From: Stellaceae bacterium
GTDB taxonomy: Bacteria; Pseudomonadota; Alphaproteobacteria; ATCC43930; CGMCC-115725
Assembly: GCA_035935235.1 (NCBI GenBank)
Contig: DASYXG010000465.1
Span: 1-32,000, forward strand
Length of the DNA: 32,000 bases
Reading direction: 5' to 3'
Positions within the stretch are counted from its first letter, which is position 1, and the number at the start of each line of letters is the position of its first letter. A program made the position numbers and the translations under genes. The notes beneath the pieces were generated by a model. The model was not told the origin of the DNA. It ran no database searches and saw nothing but the letters and a program-made list of their open reading frames with translations. Shown piece after piece: positions 7,891 through 15,228 of the stretch.

Positions 7891-9346
7891 CGTCGCGCAG
7901 CATGCTTTGCACCAAGGCGTCGGCGCTGGCCCAGTCGTAGGTGCGGAAACTGTGGCCGCAAGTCACGAATGGCGCGCCGGCGTAGAACATCTCATATTGG
8001 GTGTGGCGCGAGCCGAATTCCGAACCGATCGCGTCCCAGGCCAGCTTGAGGAAATCGACCCGCTCCTCGGCCGTCGAGATTGTCGAACGTTGGGTTAGGC
8101 CAATGATCCGGGCGAGTTCAGGGTTGTCGGCATCACGCGACGATGACGGCAGCATGATGAGCGCGCCGCCGGCCAGACCTCGGATCGTATCGATGAGGCG
8201 CGGGTAAAGCTCTTGGGTTAGCACCTGAGCGGCGTACATCATGTGTTTGTTGGGCACATAGTAGCCGCCCTGCATGTGTCCGCTCGCCTCCATTCCGACG
8301 ACCATTCCCTCGACCATCGCTGCCTGCGCCGCCAAACGGCCCAACACTTCAGCCACGGGCGGCATCGCGCTGGTGCCGATGGTATCGGCGAGCCGGCGGG
8401 CGACACCGACCAGGAAGCGCAGCTTCACCATCAGCCGGATTTGCGACTGGTAGTTCTGAAAGGTGTGGCCGAGCGTGTCGTGGAACTGCGCACGGGCCAT
8501 ATCGGTGTCGCGATGGACGAAGACGCGCTCCCAGGGCACCTTGACGTCCTCGAACCATACCAGCGCGTCGTTTTCGTCGAAGCGCGATGAGAGCGGGTTG
8601 TCGCGCAGCGACACCGCGTGCGCCTCGTAGGATTTGCGCGAGAGGATTTTGAGCCCCTTACTCGCAACCGGCAGGGCGAACGACACCGCCAAATCCTCTT
8701 CGCCGGGTCGCAGTGGCTGGAGGTTGGCGACCAACAGTTCGTTGGCGAGGATCGTCGCGGTACCGAGCATCTTGGCGCCGCGCACGGTGATGCCTTGCGC
8801 GTCCTCGTCGACGATCCGCGCGACGAGGTCCTCGTCCTGCTCGCCCCAAGCTTTGTTGCGGTTGGCCTGCGGATTGATGATGACATAGCTGACGTAATGG
8901 TCGTTGCGGCTGACCTCATCGAAAAAACCAAGCAGCGCGCTTGCACGAGCTTCGCCATGGCGCCGGAAGATTTCGATGCCGATTACTTGGCCCAATAGGC
9001 TCGAAGCGACGTGGTCGGGCGCCCGGCCGAGAAATCCGCAAGACAGTTTGGCCCATTCGCTCATCGCGCGGCGCCGCTCGACAAGCTCGGCATGACTACG
9101 CGGCAGCTGCCAGCAACGGTGGATACGGGCGTAACCGCCGGAAGCAGGCGCAGGAAACGTCATCCGCCCAAGGTTTTCCGGCTGCGCCTGATAATCGTAA
9201 AGCGCGGCCGCCGCCCGCGTTGCATTGCGGAATGCGGGGTGCGCGGTGACGTCGGTGACTCGTTCGCCGTCGATGTAGACCTCACGTCCATCGCGCAGGC
9301 TGGCGAGGTGGTCGGGTCCGGTCTTGACACTACCATGATCGCTCAT
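7871..9346 (-). CDS. 4-hydroxyphenylacetate 3-hydroxylase (HpaB) family flavin-dependent oxygenase component
   Basis: 491 aa from the ATG at 9346, with GGAG 10 nt upstream; the track start at 9364 is TTG. N-terminus GPDHLASLRDGREVYIDGERVTDVTAHPAFRN and the overall length fit the HpaB/4-hydroxybutyryl-CoA dehydratase fold family. Confidence 0.8.
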   Translation of the reverse strand: MSDHGSVKTGPDHLASLRDGREVYIDGERVTDVTAHPAFRNATRAAAALYDYQAQPENLGRMTFPAPASGGYARIHRCWQLPRSHAELVERRRAMSEWAKLSCGFLGRAPDHVASSLLGQVIGIEIFRRHGEARASALLGFFDEVSRNDHYVSYVIINPQANRNKAWGEQDEDLVARIVDEDAQGITVRGAKMLGTATILANELLVANLQPLRPGEEDLAVSFALPVASKGLKILSRKSYEAHAVSLRDNPLSSRFDENDALVWFEDVKVPWERVFVHRDTDMARAQFHDTLGHTFQNYQSQIRLMVKLRFLVGVARRLADTIGTSAMPPVAEVLGRLAAQAAMVEGMVVGMEASGHMQGGYYVPNKHMMYAAQVLTQELYPRLIDTIRGLAGGALIMLPSSSRDADNPELARIIGLTQRSTISTAEERVDFLKLAWDAIGSEFGSRHTQYEMFYAGAPFVTCGHSFRTYDWASADALVQSMLRDVKPGPA

Positions 9347-9455
9347 CGTCGCCGCTCCGGGCAAAGAGCCATGGTGCGACTTATACCAGGATAAGCGCGG
9401 ACCTTACCCGGGCAGAGGCGAGTGCTAGGTTCGCTCCTTAACCTCGGGGTAGGCA

Positions 9456-10379
9456 ATGCACGCAATTTCCTGGGCATGGATCCCGATTACGCTGGGCGCC
9501 GCCCTGGCGCAGACGCTGCGCAACGCCGCGCAACGCAGCCTGACTGGCGGTCTCGGCGCGCTCGGCGCTACACTCGTGCGGTTCCTATATGGACTTCCGT
9601 TCGCGGCATTGTGGCTCGTGGTCGCGTGGCTCACGTTTGCCGATGCCGGAGTATGGCCGACAATCAACACGCCTTTCCTGTTATGGACTGTCGTTGCCGC
9701 CGCGAGCCAAATCGCAGCGACGGCGCTCCTTCTGCGCAACATGGAAGAACGAAACTTCGCGATCGGTGTCGCCTATTCCAAGAGCGAGATCATTCAAGTC
9801 GCCTTGTTTGGACTGCTGCTGCTCGGCGACCGGGTGTCGCTCATGGCGATCGTCTCCATCGTGATTTCGAGCCTTGCGGTGGTGCTATTGTCGCTGCCCA
9901 GCGACAATCGCTCGCTGGCCGCGGTCGCGCGGGCATGGACGTCACGTTCGGCGCTGCTGGGTCTCGGCTCGGGCGCGGCATTTGGGATGGCGGCGGTCGG
10001 TTATCGCGGCGCCGCGTTGGCGCTCGATACGCCCTCCATCGTCTTCGCCGCTGCCGATAGCCTCGTGTGGGCGCAAACCTTCCAATCGATTCTGCTGGGC
10101 AGCTTTTTAGCCATCCGAAATCTCTCGGTTGTCGTTGAGGTGATGCGAGCCTGGCGCGTGTCGCTGCTCGCTGGTGCGATGGGGGCGATCGGCTCGGCGT
10201 GCTGGTTTACTGCAATGGCGATGCAGCCGGTGGCGCGGGTGCGAACGCTGGGGCTGATCGAGCTCTACTTCAGCTACGTTGTTTCCCGAAGGGTGTTTCG
10301 CGAGCGGCTCGGTGGCGCCGAGCTGGTGGGACTCGTGCTCCTCGCTGTCGGTCTCGTCGGGATAGTCGGGCTGAGATAG
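9456..10379 (+). CDS. DMT-superfamily (EamA-like) inner-membrane permease
   Basis: 307-aa ORF that is hydrophobic throughout and reads as roughly 10 TM segments in two halves. Divergent from the HpaB-family gene. Confidence 0.55.
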   Translation: MHAISWAWIPITLGAALAQTLRNAAQRSLTGGLGALGATLVRFLYGLPFAALWLVVAWLTFADAGVWPTINTPFLLWTVVAAASQIAATALLLRNMEERNFAIGVAYSKSEIIQVALFGLLLLGDRVSLMAIVSIVISSLAVVLLSLPSDNRSLAAVARAWTSRSALLGLGSGAAFGMAAVGYRGAALALDTPSIVFAAADSLVWAQTFQSILLGSFLAIRNLSVVVEVMRAWRVSLLAGAMGAIGSACWFTAMAMQPVARVRTLGLIELYFSYVVSRRVFRERLGGAELVGLVLLAVGLVGIVGLR

Positions 10380-10491
10380 TGCCGGCATTGCTCCGCGCGG
10401 TTTGCGTTGCAGATTGCAAAAAGTTCGACGCCTAAACGCTCGAGTGGTTGCCGCTATATAGCAAAAACAACCCTTTAACCATGATCCGGTG

Positions 10492-10508
10492 CTGGCACGA
10501 GGCTTGAT
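10492..10508 (+). promoter_or_regulatory. Sigma-54-like -24/-12 element
   Basis: CTGGCACGAGGCTTGAT compared with the consensus YTGGCACGR-N3-TTGCW. The only mismatch is the C of the -12 GC, which is A here. It lies 49 nt upstream of ATG 10557. Confidence 0.25.
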
Positions 10509-10556
10509 ATCTGTCATGCAGAGGCGGGGCATCAGGTCCGGCCGGAGGCTAGGTCA

Positions 10557-10790
10557 ATGCTTAACACCGAGATTGAGATCGAACGTCTCGCCATGGCGAT
10601 GATGGAACGGCATGGGGTTGGCGCGGCGAAGGCCGCGGTAGCCCGGCTCAACCAGATGATCGATCGAGGCGACCGCGACGGGATGGAGCGTTGGGCCTGC
10701 GTCGTGAGCCTTATCCACCGCAGCCAGGGCGCCGGACCGGCGTTTGCCGGCAATGCGCAAAATTCCGCCGGACCCGCGCGCTCCGTCTGA
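10557..10790 (+). CDS. Hypothetical 77-aa helical protein
   Basis: GGAGG at 10544-10548 lies 8 nt upstream of the ATG. Product MLNTEIEIERLAMAMMERHGVGAAKAAVARLNQMIDRGDRDGMERWACVV.... It resembles small conserved alphaproteobacterial hypotheticals, but I cannot name a family. Confidence 0.5.
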   Translation: MLNTEIEIERLAMAMMERHGVGAAKAAVARLNQMIDRGDRDGMERWACVVSLIHRSQGAGPAFAGNAQNSAGPARSV

Positions 10791-10920
10791 GCTCGGCTCG
10801 CTACACAATCTGATATAGGTTCGGCGGGGCCGCGCACCGCGGTTTCGCAAGCGCGCGCTATCGTCGCTGCGGGTCGGTTGTGATTTACTGCGGCGACCGC
10901 GATCGGCCGGGCATACGCGC

Positions 10921-12288
10921 ATGAACCATCTCTGTTTTGTCTTGATGCCGTTCGGGCAAAAGCGCCACGAATTGGGTCACATCATCGATTTCGACGCGGT
11001 CTACAAGGACATGATTGCGCCGGCGATTGCGGCGGCGAACCTCGAGCCGATCCGCGCCGATGAGGAGCGGGTTGGCGGGGCCATCCACAAGCCGATGTTC
11101 GAGCGCCTGCTGCTTTGCGAATATGCTGTCGCCGACCTGACCGGGGCCAACCCAAACGTCTATTACGAGCTCGGCGTTCGGCATGCCCGTCGCCCGCACA
11201 GCACGGTTCTGCTGTTTTGCGAGGGGACCAAGCTGCCGTTCGACATCGCGCTCCTGCGCGGCATGTACTACGGCATCGATGAGAAGGGTGCGCCGAGCAC
11301 GGTAGCCAAATCCGCCACGACCGCCGCGATCACCGAGCAACTCAAGGAAATGCGGACCAATCCGCATGACGACAGTCCCGTTTATCAGCTGATTGGTGGC
11401 CTATCGCGCGATCAAGTTGGCCACGAGAGTACCGACATTTTCCGCAAGCAGGCCGAGTATGCGCGCGAGGTCAAAGACAAACTCGCTGCTGCTCGCGACA
11501 AAGGCGCTGGCGCGCTCGCGGCGATCGAGGAAATCGCTACGAAGCCGGGGATGCGGCTCCTCAACGAGGTTGAGACCGGCGTCATCATCGACTTGATGCT
11601 GTCCTATCGGGCGGTCAGCGCGTGGGACAAGATCATTGAACTCTATCAACGCATGCCAAAACCGCTGCAGCTGACGACGATGGTGCAGGAGCAATACGCC
11701 CTCGCTCTCAACCGCGACAAGCGGGGCGACGAGGCCGAACGCGTCCTCGTCAATCTGATTAAGGAACGCGGGCCCAGCAGCGAGACCAATGGCATTCTCG
11801 GCCGGATCTACAAGGATCGCTGGGACGCGGCACAGAAAGCGAATGAAAAATTCCGCGCGGCGGGCGAGCTAAAGAAGGCGATCGACGCCTATATGGCCGG
11901 GTTTGAAGCCGATTGGCGCGATCCTTATCCCGGGATCAATGCCTGCACGCTGATGGAAATGCAGGACAAGCCCGACCCGCGGCAAAAGGACATTCTGCCA
12001 GTTGTGCGCTATGCGGCGTTGCGGCGGGCGCAACGGCCCACGGCTGATTACTGGGATCAGGCGACAATGCTGGAACTAGCGGTTCTGGCCGAGGATCAAG
12101 ACGAGGCGTTCACCTGGGCGGGCAATGCGGTCGCGGCAGTCCGAGAGGGATGGGAAGCGAAGACCACCAAGCGCAACCTAGCGTTGATCCGTCAGCGCCG
12201 CGAGGCGCGTGGCGAGGACGCTGCCTGGATCGCCGAAGTAGAAGAGGAATTGCAGAAGGCCGCCGATCGCAAGAATACAAGCGGCTAA
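10921..12288 (+). CDS. Fusion protein: N-terminal NDT/DNPH1-like (deoxyribosyltransferase/N-glycosidase-type Rossmannoid) domain plus C-terminal DUF4071/ASK-type helical-repeat domain
   Basis: 455-aa ORF. N-terminal motifs are HLCFVLMPFG and ADLTGANPNVYYELGVRHA (Glu83, codon 11167-11169). C-terminal motifs are GILGRIYKDRW and DPYPGINACTLM in a long helical region. The domain calls come from motif memory, not a search. Confidence 0.7.
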   Translation: MNHLCFVLMPFGQKRHELGHIIDFDAVYKDMIAPAIAAANLEPIRADEERVGGAIHKPMFERLLLCEYAVADLTGANPNVYYELGVRHARRPHSTVLLFCEGTKLPFDIALLRGMYYGIDEKGAPSTVAKSATTAAITEQLKEMRTNPHDDSPVYQLIGGLSRDQVGHESTDIFRKQAEYAREVKDKLAAARDKGAGALAAIEEIATKPGMRLLNEVETGVIIDLMLSYRAVSAWDKIIELYQRMPKPLQLTTMVQEQYALALNRDKRGDEAERVLVNLIKERGPSSETNGILGRIYKDRWDAAQKANEKFRAAGELKKAIDAYMAGFEADWRDPYPGINACTLMEMQDKPDPRQKDILPVVRYAALRRAQRPTADYWDQATMLELAVLAEDQDEAFTWAGNAVAAVREGWEAKTTKRNLALIRQRREARGEDAAWIAEVEEELQKAADRKNTSG

Positions 12289-12391
12289 CCCGCCGATCTT
12301 CGGCGACTTGACCCAGATCAACGCCCCGGTTTCGTCGCAATGTTACTTGGCCCATGTGCCCCACAGGGTACGCGGGCAGATTGGACAAGCG

Positions 12392-13504
12392 ATGGAAGAT
12401 GGCTTTCGTTTTGCTGACGAGCTTGGACCGCTAAAGCTCGTTTACATCTGGCGTCCCGCGGTCGGGCTGAAGGCTGTTGTGGCGGTCGACAACATCGCCT
12501 GCGGACCCGCGGTTGGCGGTGTCCGCATGGCGCCGGATGTGAGCGCCGAGGAAGCGTTTCGTCTGGCGCGCGCTATGACCCTCAAGAATGCCGCCGCAGG
12601 TCTCCCGCATGGCGGTGGTAAATCCGTCATCTTCGCCGACCCGAAGGTGCCGCGCAGCGATAAGGAGCGATTGATCCGAGCTTTTGCGGCGGCAATTGCC
12701 GATCTCGTCGAATACATACCGGGACCCGATATGGGCACCGACGAATTGGCGATGGGTTGGATCAAGGATGAAACCGGCCGGGCGGTGGGGTTGCCTCGCG
12801 TGCTCGGTGGCATTCCGCTCGACGAGATCGGTGCGACGGGATTTGGTCTCGTCTCAGCGATTGAGGTGGCGGCCGAGCGCCTAGGAATGGCATTGAAGGG
12901 GGCCCGCATCGCAGTTCAGGGCTTCGGGTCGGTTGGCAAGCACGCCGCCCGGCTGCTCGCCGAAAAGGGCGCGGTGCTGGTCGGTGCCAGCGATACGCAG
13001 GGGACGGTAGCGGACGACCACGGGCTCGATGTGGCGGCGCTGATCGCGCTTAAGGAGGCGGGGCATTCCCTTGGCGACTATCCTGCCGGCCGTAAGCTCG
13101 ATCGTGACGCCGTCATCGAGATCCCGTGCGATATTTGGATCCCAGCAGCGCGGCCTGACGTGATTCACGCGGGCAATGTCGATCGCCTAAACACACGCCT
13201 TGTTGCCCAAGGCGCCAATATCCCGTGCACTCCGGAAGCTGAAGAAGCGCTGGCGCGCCGTGATGTGCTCGTCTTGCCGGATTTTATCGCCAACGCCGGC
13301 GGGGTCATATGCGCTGCGGTCGAGTATCGGGGCGGGACGGAGGCCGTGGCTTTCGCCACGATCGATGAAAAAATTCGCACCAACATGGCCGCCGTTCTCG
13401 ATCAGGCGAAAAAGCAGAGTATTCTGCCGCGCACGGCCGCTATCGCGCTTGCGAAATCCCGCGTCGAGCGCGCTATGCAAACGCGGCGCTGGGAACGCAT
13501 TTGA
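12392..13504 (+). CDS. Glu/Leu/Phe/Val dehydrogenase family protein (small glutamate dehydrogenase type)
   Basis: 370 aa from the ATG at 12392. It has GPAVGGVRM, the catalytic-Lys motif LPHGGGKSVIFADP, and the Rossmann motif VQGFGSVGKHAA. The TTG at 12308 in the track would add a non-conserved 28-aa leader. Confidence 0.88.
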   Translation: MEDGFRFADELGPLKLVYIWRPAVGLKAVVAVDNIACGPAVGGVRMAPDVSAEEAFRLARAMTLKNAAAGLPHGGGKSVIFADPKVPRSDKERLIRAFAAAIADLVEYIPGPDMGTDELAMGWIKDETGRAVGLPRVLGGIPLDEIGATGFGLVSAIEVAAERLGMALKGARIAVQGFGSVGKHAARLLAEKGAVLVGASDTQGTVADDHGLDVAALIALKEAGHSLGDYPAGRKLDRDAVIEIPCDIWIPAARPDVIHAGNVDRLNTRLVAQGANIPCTPEAEEALARRDVLVLPDFIANAGGVICAAVEYRGGTEAVAFATIDEKIRTNMAAVLDQAKKQSILPRTAAIALAKSRVERAMQTRRWERI

Positions 13505-13515
13505 TAAGGGTGGAG

Positions 13516-13593
13516 TGGGGCGAGTGATGGGATTCGAACCCACGACATCCAGATCCACAATCTGGCGCTCTAACCGACTGAGCTACACCCGCC
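13516..13593 (-). tRNA. tRNA-His (GTG), with encoded G-1 and 3' CCA
   Basis: Hand-folded cloverleaf. Acceptor GCGGGTG/CACTCGC, D arm GCTC/GAGC, anticodon stem CCAGA/TCTGG with loop TTGTGGA, T arm GTGGG-TTCGAAT-CCCAT. An extra 5' G sits opposite C73. Confidence 0.9.
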
Positions 13594-13602
13594 GTCCCGG
13601 CT

Positions 13603-13631
13603 GAGGTAGCGAATCAATTAGGGAAGGTCAA
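13603..13631 (-). promoter_or_regulatory. Putative sigma-70 promoter of tRNA-His
   Basis: The minus strand reads TTGACC-N17-TACCTC and ends 9 nt upstream of the tRNA 5' end. Confidence 0.3.
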
Positions 13632-13727
13632 GCACAGGCCCGGCCTAACGCCCCCGGTCGCCGAGTGAACGCGCCGTATGCGGAAGTTCGCCTTTTCGCC
13701 GCCTCGATTCAACCCCACCTTTGAGAC

Positions 13728-15221
13728 ATGACGATTTCATCTTCAGGTTGGACGCGCCATGCGCTGCTGACACCGCAGCAAATGGGCGAGGCCGATCGGC
13801 TTACCGTTGCTAGTGGGGTCTCCGGTATCTTCCTGATGGAAAATGCCGGACGTGCGGTAGCCGACGCGGCCTCGCGCCGTTTCGCGCTACGTCCGGTCGC
13901 GGTGCTGTGCGGGCCGGGTAACAATGGCGGCGATGGGTTTGTTGCCGCGCGCATCCTCGCGGAACGCGGCTGGCCGGTGCGATTGGCGTTACTCGGCGAC
14001 CGCGCTGCGCTGAAGGGCGATGCCGGCGCCGCCGCTGCGCGCTGGCCGGGAAGGGTCGAGACGCTGAGCAGGGCTATGCTCGAGGGGGCCGGACTTGTTA
14101 TCGACGCGTTGTTTGGTGCTGGGCTGGCGCGGCCGATCGAGGGCGTGGCTGCTGATCTCATCTTGGCGCTCAATAAGCAGGGTATTCCGGTCGTTGCCGT
14201 TGACGTCCCGAGTGGCGTCGACGGGGCAAGCGGTCAAATCCGGGGTGTTGCACCAAAGGCCGCGCTGACCGTGACCTTCTTCCGGCGCAAGCCGGGGCAT
14301 CTGCTGCTGCCCGGCCGGGTTTGTTGCGGCGAGACGATCGTCGCACCGATCGGTATCGAACCGCCGGTGTTGGGCCACATCGCACCCGACACGGCGGTTA
14401 ATCACCCTGCGTGGTGGTCAGATCGATTTCCGTGGCCCGATCCTGCCAGCCATAAATACTCGCGCGGCCATGCGCTGATTGCGGGCGGCGCGGTAATGAC
14501 CGGAGCGGCGCGGCTCGCGGCTCGCGGCGCGGCTCGAGTGGGCACTGGATTGGTTACGGTGGCGGCGCCTGAGGCAGCATTCCCTATTTATGCGTCGGCT
14601 CTAACCGGAGTCATCGTGCAACCAACTGCCGGTCTGAACGATTTCGAAGCATTACTCTCCGATCGGCGGCGCAATGCGGCACTGGTCGGGCCTGGCGCCG
14701 GGCTCGGCGCGGAGACGCGCGATAGGGTCTTGGCGATATTCGCCGCGAGCAAGGCGACGGTGATCGATGCCGATGCGCTGAGCGTTTTCGCCGACGATCC
14801 GGCGACCTTGCTGGACGCGGTACGCGCGCCTTGCGTGATGACACCGCACGAGGGCGAGTTCGCGCGGCTCTTCGATACTGCGGGGAGCAAGCTCGATCGT
14901 GCCCGGAGAGCGGCGCAGCAGAGCGGCGCGGTGGTTCTCCTTAAGGGGCCCGACACCGTGATAGGCGCGCCCGACGGGCGCGCCGCCATCAATGAGAACG
15001 CGCCGCCGACGCTGGCGACTGCCGGCTCTGGTGATGTGCTGGCGGGGATCGTGCTCGGACTGCTCGCGCAAGGCATGCCGCCCTTCGAAGCAGCCGCGGC
15101 GGCCGTTTGGCTGCACGGTGAGGCGGCGCACCGTTTCGGCGTCGGGCTTGTTGCCGAAGACTTGATCGAAGCGCTTCCAGCGGCGCTGTCCAATCTGAAA
15201 CAATCGGCATTTTACGGATGA
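13728..15221 (+). CDS. nnr: Bifunctional NAD(P)H-hydrate repair enzyme (epimerase / ADP-dependent dehydratase)
   Basis: 497-aa ORF. YjeF_N motif CGPGNNGGDGFVAAR. C-terminal carbohydrate-kinase-like domain with AGSGDVLAG. Confidence 0.9.
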   Translation: MTISSSGWTRHALLTPQQMGEADRLTVASGVSGIFLMENAGRAVADAASRRFALRPVAVLCGPGNNGGDGFVAARILAERGWPVRLALLGDRAALKGDAGAAAARWPGRVETLSRAMLEGAGLVIDALFGAGLARPIEGVAADLILALNKQGIPVVAVDVPSGVDGASGQIRGVAPKAALTVTFFRRKPGHLLLPGRVCCGETIVAPIGIEPPVLGHIAPDTAVNHPAWWSDRFPWPDPASHKYSRGHALIAGGAVMTGAARLAARGAARVGTGLVTVAAPEAAFPIYASALTGVIVQPTAGLNDFEALLSDRRRNAALVGPGAGLGAETRDRVLAIFAASKATVIDADALSVFADDPATLLDAVRAPCVMTPHEGEFARLFDTAGSKLDRARRAAQQSGAVVLLKGPDTVIGAPDGRAAINENAPPTLATAGSGDVLAGIVLGLLAQGMPPFEAAAAAVWLHGEAAHRFGVGLVAEDLIEALPAALSNLKQSAFYG

Positions 15222-15228
15222 TCTCGGC

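Noticed and set aside
12308-12391. Upstream alternative starts offered by the ORF track: GDH at TTG 12308, hupB at 23021, nuoH at 30473, nuoB at 24161, tig at 16855, the HpaB-family gene at 9364, and the small ORF at 3272.
   Set aside because: In each case a downstream ATG/GTG reproduces the conserved family N-terminus. That start also has a better SD or avoids running deep into the preceding gene or AT-rich non-coding DNA.
7171-13593. Possibility that the accessory patch is a genomic island integrated at the 3' end of tRNA-His.
   Set aside because: There is no integrase or recombinase gene. I could find no direct repeat of the tRNA-His 3' segment (for example GGATTCGAACCCAC) anywhere to the left. 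I saw no compositional break other than short intergenic dips.
13200-13604. 134-aa plus-strand ORF spanning the GDH 3' end and tRNA-His. ORFs 23513-23917 (-) and 23603-24046 (+) similarly span tRNA-Asp.
   Set aside because: They read straight through well-folded tRNA genes and overlap well-supported coding genes (GDH, nuoA), so they are spurious.
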